Source: Myxococcota bacterium (lineage in GTDB: Bacteria > Myxococcota_A > UBA796 > CAJQPC01). From it: a stretch of DNA of 64,000 nt. The notes below the pieces were generated by a model that was not told the origin of the DNA, did not search any database, and saw only the letters and a program-made list of their open reading frames with translations. A program made the translations under genes and the position numbers. The DNA is taken from positions 1-64,000 of the forward strand of contig JAZAMN010000020.1 in assembly GCA_036229005.1 (NCBI GenBank). Direction: 5' to 3'. Positions 7,638 through 17,105 of this stretch are shown here, one piece after another (within the stretch, counting starts at the first letter, position 1; each line of letters opens with the position of its first letter).

Positions 7638-9905
7638 ATGCGACTGGAGATTCGGGCCAGCGACGTAAAGGACTGGTTCCAGTACCGCTGCGACCGAAAG
7701 TTGATCTATTCGTCTCTGCCGCAGGCTGAGCGAGATGATGTCCCCGTCGAAACTATCCACAAAGCTCGGTCCATTCGCGCCGATGAAGGCATCGAATTCG
7801 AGGCGGACATCGTGGCTACTCTCCGAAGGCGTGGCGAGAGTGTCCTTGGACCACGCTCCCACGGGGACCACTACGTCGCCGAAGCTCTCACGAAGGCATT
7901 CCTTCTCCGCGAGAGGACAGAGGAGTACCTCCATCAAGGCTTGTTGAAGGAGACACCTGCTCTTCGCAGGGACCTGGATCTTGCTTCGAACACAACGCTT
8001 CGAAATGCGCTACCAGACATCCTCCGCTGGGTGGTGGAGGACGACGAGTACCGCCTTCGCGTCGTGGACATAAAGCATACGCGCCGCCCAACCCAGTACC
8101 ATCGAGCGCAGGTTGCCTTCTACGCGCTACTCCTGCGCGGGATGTACGCGGCGTTCGGCATGGACGCTCCACTGAGCCCAAAAGGCAACATCTGGCACAT
8201 CAGCGATGGTGGAGGCTGGGAGGAGGAGAGGGGACTCTTCGACCTCAACCCCTACGAGGAGATGCTGCGGGACTTCTTCCGGCGTCAGTTCCCCAACATC
8301 TCGATTCAGCGTCTTGGCCGGGGCATCGACGAAACGGCTTTCCATCTCTACTTCAAATGCGAGCAATGTGACTGGCTGCACCATTGCGGGAAGAGCATCG
8401 CCGCTGACCTACCAGTTTCGGAGTGGGACATCTCCGCGATTCCAGGAATGTCCCACCAGTCAAAGGCGGCATTGGTGCGTGCAGGGGTGAAGACAGTCGG
8501 CTCCGCGGCTGCTGCAGAGACGCTCCCGCCTGAGAGTTGGTCGCTTCGGACGCGAGGCAAGCTCCTTATCAGCCGCGCCGGAGCCCTTGTCGAGGGTGAT
8601 TGGAGCCGTCTTCCCGAACACCACACTTGGCTAATGCCGCCGAAGGTGGACGTACCGATCTTCCTTGTCGTGGACTCCGATCCGGTGAGCGGGCACCTGG
8701 CCACCCTGGGGTGCCTGGTTGGTGGAGTTCGTCTGGAAGAGCCCCGGATTGAGGTCATCGCGAACCCCGGCCAGGAGCTCCCCGCGATCAAGCGCGTGCT
8801 CGGCCGGCTGATTGACGTCCTTCACGACTTGGACGCACATAATCGAGAGGCTTCAGAAGAAACAGCCCTCACAAGCCACATCTTCGTATACGAGCCGGCG
8901 GAGGCCGCAGACCTACAGACTGCAATGTCACGCCATCTGGACGACCCGGGGATTCGTACCGGGCTGCTCAATCTCGTTCGGCTGTTCCCGCCAGAAGAGA
9001 TTCGGGCGCCCGAGCCGGAATACCGAGGCGCTCACCATCTCCCAGCAAGTGCGCTGCGGAGCGTCATGGAGCAGTTGTACGTGCTCCCGGCAAAGGTGTC
9101 CTACGACCTGGCTCGGGTGAGTCGCTCACTACGCACCGCAAACCCTCCCCCCAAGGCGCCGTACCTTCCGCGCCGGCCGTTCGCGCGCCCGTTCTCGGCC
9201 AGGCTGTCCATCGACATCATGCGCGATCGCTCGATGGCCAACGACGGGGCGATCCGAGCAGACGTAGCGGCTCGACTTTCGGCAATGGCAGGTCTGTGCG
9301 AGTGGGTCCTTGAGGACAATCGTAAAGTCATTGCGGGAGGCGGCAAGGGGCTTCTTCGCTTGAAGAAGTCCCCTTTTCGGTTCCAGAGTGCGTTCCACCC
9401 GCTGGAAGCGACTGACCTCGAGACCCTTCTCGCGCAGGAATTGCTCCAGTCTCGTGCCGAGCGACTTGCGGCATTGGTCGAACTAGCTCGCCCCGTACAC
9501 GAACGCCGTGAACGACTCCGATGCTTCGCCGGATTGGTGCTGAAGGACCTCAAGAAGCAAGGCGCGTACTACGTCATGAATTTCGAAGTGCCGAAGGAAA
9601 GCCGCGACGCAGAGTTGCGGCCGGGGTCGCTGGGTCTAATCCTCACCGATGATGATCCGGACCTCCGGCTCGATCCGCGGTCGTGGCCACATTGTAGCGC
9701 AAACCTGGTCCACGTGAGTGCCCAAGGCGCGTACATCACACTCAGAATGTACAAGAAGACGTGGACCTCCGCTGTCATGGCCGCGGTGCGGGAGCGACTC
9801 AAGCATGGAGGGGATTGGTGCCTTGACCAAGCCCACGTCGATGTGACCACCCAGCGAATGGAATCCCTGCTTCGCTTCCTCAGCGAGGTGGACCATGGTG
9901 CGTGA
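7638..9905 (+). CDS. RecB/Cas4-like PD-(D/E)XK nuclease domain protein (TM0106-like architecture)
   Basis: LPDIL...VVDIK...QVAFY nuclease motifs. N-terminal Cys (YRCDR) plus CEQCDWLHHC, a possible Fe-S staple. HhH-like IPGMS...AGVKTV. Confidence 0.7.
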   Translation: MRLEIRASDVKDWFQYRCDRKLIYSSLPQAERDDVPVETIHKARSIRADEGIEFEADIVATLRRRGESVLGPRSHGDHYVAEALTKAFLLRERTEEYLHQGLLKETPALRRDLDLASNTTLRNALPDILRWVVEDDEYRLRVVDIKHTRRPTQYHRAQVAFYALLLRGMYAAFGMDAPLSPKGNIWHISDGGGWEEERGLFDLNPYEEMLRDFFRRQFPNISIQRLGRGIDETAFHLYFKCEQCDWLHHCGKSIAADLPVSEWDISAIPGMSHQSKAALVRAGVKTVGSAAAAETLPPESWSLRTRGKLLISRAGALVEGDWSRLPEHHTWLMPPKVDVPIFLVVDSDPVSGHLATLGCLVGGVRLEEPRIEVIANPGQELPAIKRVLGRLIDVLHDLDAHNREASEETALTSHIFVYEPAEAADLQTAMSRHLDDPGIRTGLLNLVRLFPPEEIRAPEPEYRGAHHLPASALRSVMEQLYVLPAKVSYDLARVSRSLRTANPPPKAPYLPRRPFARPFSARLSIDIMRDRSMANDGAIRADVAARLSAMAGLCEWVLEDNRKVIAGGGKGLLRLKKSPFRFQSAFHPLEATDLETLLAQELLQSRAERLAALVELARPVHERRERLRCFAGLVLKDLKKQGAYYVMNFEVPKESRDAELRPGSLGLILTDDDPDLRLDPRSWPHCSANLVHVSAQGAYITLRMYKKTWTSAVMAAVRERLKHGGDWCLDQAHVDVTTQRMESLLRFLSEVDHGA

Positions 9906-12900
9906 TGAGCTTCGTCTCTTCCTTCGCGACCCAAAGGGCTTCGCCGCAGGGGTAACGTCCAACTCCTCTGCCGACTGGCTTGCTGGACTGGAGTTCGCAG
10001 AACGCGCGATCGAAGAGAGCGAATCGGAGTACGCGCTGCGCGAGGCTCAACGGGTCGGGTGGACTGGAATCGCGGACCAGCGAGTAGCTCTCATTCTCGG
10101 TCCACCTGGAACCGGCAAGACGTTCGCACTCTCCTGGATGGCCTTAGGCTTCATTGAGGGTCGGCGCCTCGCGGAGAAGCCTTGTCGAGTCTTTGTCACG
10201 GGCTTCACGCGCAACTCCATCGCCAATCTGCTCGAGGCCGTAGGAGAAAGAGCAGAACATGCCACCAAACCGGTTCGGTTCGTCTGGCTAGGGAACCCGC
10301 CGGATCAAGGCCTTCCCGATATTGTCGAGGTGCTCCAGCCAAAACAACTCTCCGAGGTCCTGAAGGCCGAGCACGTGGTGGTCGGCGCCACGGGGTGGTC
10401 GCTCTATCGGGCGATTGATCAGGGCAACCTGTCCAGGTCAGATGGCCCGACGGCCCCCCTGTTTGACCTGGTCTGCATCGACGAAGCGTCCCAAATGGTG
10501 GTTAGCCATGGATTACTGAGCCTCGCTGGTCTGACTCCTGGAGGGCGAGTGCTCGTCGCGGGCGACGACCAACAACTGGCCCCAGTGCGGGAAACGAACG
10601 ACCGTGAGGTCGATGGGCAGAAGCTCGGCGCAAGCCTCTATGGGTTCCTCAAACACGCTGGCGTCGCCGAGTTTCCGCTGGATGAGACGTTTCGGCTGAA
10701 CGACCTCCTCGCGCGCTATCCCGCACGAGCGTTCTACGACGGGCGATACCGATCAGTTGGTGCTGCGAAGGAGCGGCGCCTCAGCCTGCAGGACGGCTGG
10801 GAGGAAGGCCTACCCCAATGGATGAAGCACGCCCTAGACCCCGAAAACCCAGTCGCGATCCTCCTCTACGACGGCCTGCTCGCAGGAACGGCCAACGAGT
10901 TCGAAGCTCTGCTTGTCCAGGAACTCGTTGAGGCACTGAAAGAGCGCTTGCCCAACGCCGACGACATCGACACCGCCACGCTCTGGCATGAGCACCTGGC
11001 GGTCGTTTCGCCGCATCGGGCTCAAAACTCGATGATTCGACAACGACTACGCACCACTGGGCTGGACAGGGATTGCGTGGTCGAAACGGTCGACCGAATC
11101 CAAGGTCGGGAGCGGGACTCGATCATTGCCTCCTACACGGTTTCTGATCCCGAGTTTGCACAGATGGAAGCCGACTTCATCTTCAGCCCGGAGCGCTTCA
11201 ACGTTACCGTCACGAGAGCCAGGACCAAGCTGATTCTCATCGTTAGTCGACGCCTGCTCTCGGTGATCCCGGATGAACAGGAGACTTTCGAGCGTGCCCA
11301 GGTTCTGAGGAACTACGTCTACGAGTCTCATGAACTCGCGACGTGGGACGTTCGAGGCCCAGGCGGTCAGAAACTGCCTGTCACCGTGCGAGTGAAGTCC
11401 TTCAGAGAGGACACCGAACACACGCTTGTAGAGGAGCCCACACAAGCGCCGCCGGAGCCTGAACTCCTGTCTCCGGAACTGAAGGAGTTGCTGGACGAGA
11501 TCAGGAAGGCAACTGGCCGATCCAACAGGGGCAACGTCGCGGACTTCGGTCTTCGAAGGATTCTTTCTCGACACACGGATGAGATTCGAGCGGGGTTTCG
11601 GGCCCTCCAAGTTGCGGGATTCGTCAATGTGTCGCACAGGGACGGCGGCCACGGTGTGTTCTGGACCGCGAGCATCAAGGATCCGCCGGCTGCGCCCCAC
11701 GCTTGTACCGCTCAAACTGTCGCCGCGGAGGTCCGGGGCGTCATCAGGACGACGCGACGAGGTCCAAAGGCCCCCGCCTACTGGGCCCTCCGGAACAACT
11801 TCCAGTGGATTGGTGAGAACGGCGACGACATGCTTGAGCCTCTCCTGGATGAACTGGTCGACGCCGGGGAACTCGTGTGGGGGGAGCATCCGCGGGGATG
11901 GAGGACCATTGATGTCGCAGAGGCGGACGAACCAGAGGAGCCAGTTGTCCGGCCGCCGCTGCCCGACGAGCCCTCGGTTTCCGACTTCGAACTTCTGAAC
12001 TGGCTCGAAGACCGCGAGCAACGACGAGTCAACTTCGGCGTTTTCGAGTCGTGGTTCACGTTCGACGAAGTGCTCAAAGGCACGGGCCGCGAGCGCGAAG
12101 CCCTGGCAGCAGCCCTCCGCCGACTCCGCCAGGACGGCTGGCTAATGCAACTCGACGACGGACGAATCCGCACCCGCGCAGGTGAGCTTGCAAGGGAGCT
12201 CCGCTACATCAAGCAGCGGTTCAAGGCAGGGGACGCAGACAACCGGCCATTCCTGGTGCGGTCCGCCAAGGTCCGGTTCCAGGACCGAGACAAGCCAATC
12301 CGCAGCATCCCGCTGAGCCGGACGGTGACCGCACTGAACGGCGAGCTTGAGTCCGTCGCCGGCGCAGAAGAAGCACTCGCGGCACTGCACTCGATGCTGA
12401 GCACGAGATGGAGTGTTCCAGACCCCCTGATTTCGGGCTTCCAGGACAGGGGCCTGCGTGAGTTGGTGCCTGCATGGTTTGGCCGTGGGGACACACGGTC
12501 ATTCGTCGTCACGGCCGAGACTGGCTCCGGCAAGACGGAGGCTGCGGCTCTTCCATTGATCTTGGCATCGGCCATCGACACTCTCAACGGCGTTGCCGGC
12601 TGCCGAGCAATCTTGGCGTACCCGCGCATTCGATTGGCGAACAACCAGGCGCAGCGTCTGGCCGGCTACTTGGCGGCACTTGCCAGAGAACCCGGGATGC
12701 CGACCCTGTCTCTCGCTGTGCAGTCCGGTGAGGTTCCCTCAACGCCAGAGAAACTACGTCAGCAGTGGAGGTCTCTGGGCTCCTCGACCTTCGAGTTCCC
12801 GCTGTTCTCATGTCCCGAGTTGGGGTGCGACGGAAAGCTCGCCATCAAGCTCGCTGGGCGAATCGACGAGCCCGACCACCTTTCCTGCCGAAGCTGCGCA

Positions 12901-15900
12901 TGGGAATACCTCGGATGGGTGGGGACAAAGAAGTCGATGGGAAGGCGAGCTCCCACCCTGTTGATTCTGACGACAGAATCGCTGCACGGCTGGCTGCACA
13001 GCCACTGGCGCGGAAGGCTATTTGGCGACGCGCCGGATTCTGCCGCGCCGCGAGCCCTTGTGGCGGACGAGATCCACCTGTACTCACAGATCCATGGTGC
13101 GCAGGTCGGCTACGCATTTCGACGTCTGCTCGCTCGAATGCGCATCAACTCGGACGGCATTCAGCCGCTAGCGATCGGCATGAGTGCGACGCTGGGAGAG
13201 CCCCAGCGCATCTGGATGGAGTTGTCCGGTGCAGCGCCGGTCTCGCTCATTTCTCCCACCCAGACCGAGCGGGAGCCGAATCCAAAGTCACGAGAGTACT
13301 TCTACTTCGTGCAACCGGAAGTGGAGTCCCGAGGCAAGGACATCGCCGGCGCCTCAACCACGATCCAGGCCCTGATGTGCCTGGCCCACGGAATGCGCCG
13401 GCGCACGGGCGCCCGTGGTGGATACCGAGCCCTCGCCTTCCTCGACTCCATCGACAAAGTGAAGCGACTGCACGGCGACTACCTGGACGCGGAAACGAAT
13501 AGTCGGCTGGCGACGCTCCGAACGAGCCGTCTGGGCACCGTAAGCCCTGAGGTGGAACCTCGGACCGGATGCTGCGGGCAGCCTGAGTCCTGTAGCCGTT
13601 TCATCGACGCGGAATGCTGGTACTTCGCCTCGAAGGACCCTCACCAAGAGAAGGCGAGCGGCCCCTACCATCCTGGCGACACTCTGGAGGTTGCAAGCAC
13701 TCCGATCTTCTCTGGAGCGAAAGAAGGCGTTGATGAGCGCATCAGGACGAGCGACGTCGTGTTCGCTACGTCGTCTCTGGAGGTCGGCTTCGACGACCCC
13801 GACATGACTCTGGTGTATCAGCACTACGCCCCGTTGAACGCAGCCAGCTTCGTCCAGCGCAAGGGACGCGGAGGACGCGGGGCGGACGACCGACCGGTCA
13901 CCGGCGTGACGCTGTCGGTGTACAGCCCTCGCGACACCTGGTTCTTCCGGCGGCCGGAACGGATGCTCGAAGCGCACCGCTTCCAGGTCCCGCTGAACAT
14001 GCGGAATTACTTCGTTCGCCGTGGGCAGGTACTGTCGACCCTTCTCGACGCCGCCGCGCGCGAGCACTTCTACCGCGCAGATCCGTCTCCGGACTTTCCT
14101 CCAACGGTCTTTGATGCAGCCTCCCAGATGGTGGAGGAGATCTTCGGGTCGGAGATCTATGGTGACCTGGGAGTCGCCGATCTACGTGACCTTTGGCGTA
14201 GGACTCGACCGGGATTCCTGCCAGAGGCAACGCACGGGCTGTCAAAATGGGTCGACCACCTTCCTGAAGTGCCTAGCGCCCTGTTCGAGACCATCAACCT
14301 CCCGGCTGTCCGGGTTCAGTTTCAGGGCGACAGCGGCCAGTTGGAGATGCGAGACGAAGACATCAGCCTCGCCTTGTTCAACGCTGCGCCAGGCACTGCG
14401 ACTCGCCGCTATGGAATGCAATCCACTCATTGGGCGCAACCGGCCCCAGGCCGGAGTCCTTGGAGTGCCGTCGAAGCAGATGCTTCTACCGAGCAGTTTG
14501 AGCCGGTGGAGGGAGGGCTCGACGCGCTCAAGCGGGAACTTCCGCGATACCTGCATGACGAGATTGGTGACGACGTGGCGCCCGCGGTCATTCGCCCCCG
14601 GGAGTTCCAGCTGTCCAGGCTCGGAGAGTTCTACGGCGCTACCTGGACGGGGGCGGTGGGCTACGAGCCCAGTTCGGGCACGTTCAGGGCGCTCAGCGAG
14701 GCAAGCGGCGTCCCAGCACTTCCCGTGAACCCGAAGAGCTCGGGGGCGCTGAAGGGCTTCCTGATCTGCGACGCCCGCCAGGAACGAGGCCAACCCCGGA
14801 AGGTCGGACAACTCGAACCGCTCACCACAGGCCTGTATGCCTACTACGGTCTTGGAACAGCTGAAGACGGCACGGGCTTGAAGGTGTCACGCATCTTCTG
14901 GGGCTCAGAGAGTCGGGTCGTGGTGGACGTCAACGAGTACAAGCGCGAAGAGTACCAAGTCGTCCAAACCTTCGTCGACCCGGTGGAGTATGACGCCTAC
15001 GCGAACCGAGGCGTCGGTGGAGTTCCGCGGGTCCAGCTCTATGGCTACTGTGTTGAGACCGAAGGGATTCGACTCCGACTCGATTCCTGCCAACTCGACA
15101 ACTTCGTCGCGCACTTCCAAGCCTTGATCGCAGGCACTGCGGACGAGCGCTGGCTCCGAGGACAGTTCTTCCGGTTCCTCGTGCTCAGCGGCGCGCCGAG
15201 GGCGGGCATGAACCGTTTCCAGGCCCGCGAACTCGCAGATCTCCTGGTTACCGCCCGCGCGATGGAGACTCGCGGCAAACAGCTAGCGAAGCTGCTGCGT
15301 CGTTGGGATGCCAAGCGCTTCGGTCAGCTTCTCCTGGGCACGTATCAGGACGCACTCGCGTACCATCCCCTCCTCACAGCGCGACGTGTAGAACAGCTGG
15401 GCGAGGAATTGCTGCGCCCCGCACTTTCTGGCATGGGTGCTTTCCTGCTGGAATGCGTGCGCCGTTGCGCGGACGATAATGAGTTCAAGGGGTACGTTCG
15501 CAGTCTGGCTGTGCACAGCTTGGCTGTTCGGCTCCAGCAGAACTTCGTCATCTACGGCGCTGGCGACGATCGACGCGTGCTGTTTCACTGCAAGCTGCCC
15601 ATCCAGTTCGGGGAACTCGCCGATGACGTCATCGTGGTTTGCGAGGACGGCCAGCACGGGGATGGCACCACCCGAACGTTCATAGAGCAACTCGATACCG
15701 CCTTCACGGAGTTTCGGGGAACGCTTTCGGAATGCCCGAACGCGCGCGAGGATGCCATCCTTCGCCGCATCCTGAACGATGAAGAGTTCATTGGTTGCTG
15801 GACGGACGAGGCGGCGAGTTCACGGTCTGACGAGAGTATTCGAGCTATGGTCGAAGAGCTGAAACTCGACCTTGAGGAGGACTCCGGATCGGTACAGGCA

Positions 15901-16323
15901 GCCCTTCGACTGCTTTGGGATACCGAGGAGTTTGGGGCCCACCGGTTCTCCTACCTGCAGCTCCATCGCGAAGTTCATTCGGTGGACGTCGCCCTGGAGG
16001 ATGAGATGGGACGAGCCCCCTCCGCATGGGAACTCGTCGGGCGCGTCGTGCGCCTCGCTGAGTCCGGCGACGAGACCGTTCCTGCCTGGAGCACCCTGCT
16101 CGAGGGCTACCGCGCTCTGGAGGATGCCAGTTCGGAGGGGTCTCTAGAGGCTTCAGCGCGGCTGGCCGACCAGGTGTACAAGCTCAGCGCACGGCTATGC
16201 GTCGACGGCTGCCAGGCGTGCCTGCACACCGGCTCGCCGCTCTTCCCTCCACAGCTGATGGACGCCACGGTAAGTCGCTTGGTGACTACTCAGCTGCACG
16301 CGTTCTTGGGGTGGCCACAGTAG
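9895..16323 (+). CDS. dpdJ: Fusion of SF1 (Dna2/Upf1-like) helicase and DpdJ-like SF2 DEAD/DEAH helicase
   Basis: N-half: GPPGTGKT, DEASQ, GDDQQL, SPHRAQ, TVDRIQGRERD and RFNVTVTRAR. C-half: RTRAGELARELRYIKQRF, ETGSGKTE, YPR..LANNQ, CPELGC...CRSC, DEIHLY, SATLG, ATSSLEVGFDDP, QRKGRGGR and terminal CVDGCQACL. Confidence 0.8.
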   Translation: MVRDELRLFLRDPKGFAAGVTSNSSADWLAGLEFAERAIEESESEYALREAQRVGWTGIADQRVALILGPPGTGKTFALSWMALGFIEGRRLAEKPCRVFVTGFTRNSIANLLEAVGERAEHATKPVRFVWLGNPPDQGLPDIVEVLQPKQLSEVLKAEHVVVGATGWSLYRAIDQGNLSRSDGPTAPLFDLVCIDEASQMVVSHGLLSLAGLTPGGRVLVAGDDQQLAPVRETNDREVDGQKLGASLYGFLKHAGVAEFPLDETFRLNDLLARYPARAFYDGRYRSVGAAKERRLSLQDGWEEGLPQWMKHALDPENPVAILLYDGLLAGTANEFEALLVQELVEALKERLPNADDIDTATLWHEHLAVVSPHRAQNSMIRQRLRTTGLDRDCVVETVDRIQGRERDSIIASYTVSDPEFAQMEADFIFSPERFNVTVTRARTKLILIVSRRLLSVIPDEQETFERAQVLRNYVYESHELATWDVRGPGGQKLPVTVRVKSFREDTEHTLVEEPTQAPPEPELLSPELKELLDEIRKATGRSNRGNVADFGLRRILSRHTDEIRAGFRALQVAGFVNVSHRDGGHGVFWTASIKDPPAAPHACTAQTVAAEVRGVIRTTRRGPKAPAYWALRNNFQWIGENGDDMLEPLLDELVDAGELVWGEHPRGWRTIDVAEADEPEEPVVRPPLPDEPSVSDFELLNWLEDREQRRVNFGVFESWFTFDEVLKGTGREREALAAALRRLRQDGWLMQLDDGRIRTRAGELARELRYIKQRFKAGDADNRPFLVRSAKVRFQDRDKPIRSIPLSRTVTALNGELESVAGAEEALAALHSMLSTRWSVPDPLISGFQDRGLRELVPAWFGRGDTRSFVVTAETGSGKTEAAALPLILASAIDTLNGVAGCRAILAYPRIRLANNQAQRLAGYLAALAREPGMPTLSLAVQSGEVPSTPEKLRQQWRSLGSSTFEFPLFSCPELGCDGKLAIKLAGRIDEPDHLSCRSCAWEYLGWVGTKKSMGRRAPTLLILTTESLHGWLHSHWRGRLFGDAPDSAAPRALVADEIHLYSQIHGAQVGYAFRRLLARMRINSDGIQPLAIGMSATLGEPQRIWMELSGAAPVSLISPTQTEREPNPKSREYFYFVQPEVESRGKDIAGASTTIQALMCLAHGMRRRTGARGGYRALAFLDSIDKVKRLHGDYLDAETNSRLATLRTSRLGTVSPEVEPRTGCCGQPESCSRFIDAECWYFASKDPHQEKASGPYHPGDTLEVASTPIFSGAKEGVDERIRTSDVVFATSSLEVGFDDPDMTLVYQHYAPLNAASFVQRKGRGGRGADDRPVTGVTLSVYSPRDTWFFRRPERMLEAHRFQVPLNMRNYFVRRGQVLSTLLDAAAREHFYRADPSPDFPPTVFDAASQMVEEIFGSEIYGDLGVADLRDLWRRTRPGFLPEATHGLSKWVDHLPEVPSALFETINLPAVRVQFQGDSGQLEMRDEDISLALFNAAPGTATRRYGMQSTHWAQPAPGRSPWSAVEADASTEQFEPVEGGLDALKRELPRYLHDEIGDDVAPAVIRPREFQLSRLGEFYGATWTGAVGYEPSSGTFRALSEASGVPALPVNPKSSGALKGFLICDARQERGQPRKVGQLEPLTTGLYAYYGLGTAEDGTGLKVSRIFWGSESRVVVDVNEYKREEYQVVQTFVDPVEYDAYANRGVGGVPRVQLYGYCVETEGIRLRLDSCQLDNFVAHFQALIAGTADERWLRGQFFRFLVLSGAPRAGMNRFQARELADLLVTARAMETRGKQLAKLLRRWDAKRFGQLLLGTYQDALAYHPLLTARRVEQLGEELLRPALSGMGAFLLECVRRCADDNEFKGYVRSLAVHSLAVRLQQNFVIYGAGDDRRVLFHCKLPIQFGELADDVIVVCEDGQHGDGTTRTFIEQLDTAFTEFRGTLSECPNAREDAILRRILNDEEFIGCWTDEAASSRSDESIRAMVEELKLDLEEDSGSVQAALRLLWDTEEFGAHRFSYLQLHREVHSVDVALEDEMGRAPSAWELVGRVVRLAESGDETVPAWSTLLEGYRALEDASSEGSLEASARLADQVYKLSARLCVDGCQACLHTGSPLFPPQLMDATVSRLVTTQLHAFLGWPQ

Positions 16324-16394
16324 CCTATCGAGGATCGTCTTTGGCGTTGCAGGGTGCCCATTGGAAGAACGTTCGCCGCCCCACTCTGTCACCG

Positions 16395-17105
16395 TCATAG
16401 ACGAATCGAGAAGCGGCCCAAGGCCCCACGTTCTTCAAGCCAGTCTCGGACCTGGTCGTCCACGTCGGCAAGGGTAGCAGTCCCCCTCGCGACCTTCAAA
16501 AGAAACTCTCCGAGATTGGAGCGGCCCGACGACAGCTCCGCTAGCAGAGCGTCGCGTGCCTCGATGCCGCGCTTCAGAGCTTCCAGCGCCGACTCGTCCG
16601 GAGGAAAGGCCAGTCCCAAGCCGACGCCTTCTAGTGACACCTGCTGCATGCGGGCTGCGAGGTCGGATTGGGAGTCCATCTGATGGAGCGCCTTCCCGAG
16701 TTCGCCGATGGTGTTGAATTCGTCGGCGAGTCGCGCTTTCCAGCCACGTTGCAGCACACTCGATGTGTCTCGGACAAGGTCGGCAACTGCGCCAAGAACT
16801 GTGCCGGAGCCAAGGAGTCTCTCCGACGTGCTCTCCTCGGCCAGCGAGCCGCCCTTGGTTCGGAGAATCTTTAGCTTTCGCCCAAGCTCCTGCAGATCAT
16901 GGGTGTCGAGAGTGGAACGAACCTCGACAACTACAGGCTCCAGAGCCTCGCAGGTCTCGATGGCGTCACGGTGCCTCTCCAGGGCTTCCCCAGCGGATGT
17001 CAGTCCGTCACCGTAGATGCGACGCCGAACTGCGGCTCGGACACGATCTTCGGCCAGGGCCTCACGAAGGGCGTCTAGCGACGAGATTTCGGTCGACTCG
17101 GACAT
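16395..17105 (-). CDS. Hypothetical helical protein, positional DpdI candidate
   Basis: ATG at 17105 overlaps the dpdH stop. It is the last gene of the dpdE-F-G-H run, where dpdI sits in canonical clusters. C-terminus FLLKVARGTATLADVDDQVRDWL. Confidence 0.55.
   Translation of the reverse strand: MSESTEISSLDALREALAEDRVRAAVRRRIYGDGLTSAGEALERHRDAIETCEALEPVVVEVRSTLDTHDLQELGRKLKILRTKGGSLAEESTSERLLGSGTVLGAVADLVRDTSSVLQRGWKARLADEFNTIGELGKALHQMDSQSDLAARMQQVSLEGVGLGLAFPPDESALEALKRGIEARDALLAELSSGRSNLGEFLLKVARGTATLADVDDQVRDWLEERGALGRFSIRL

Noticed and set aside
7638..9905. CRISPR-associated Cas4
   Set aside because: No cas1/cas2 and no repeat-spacer array in the window. The protein is far longer than Cas4.
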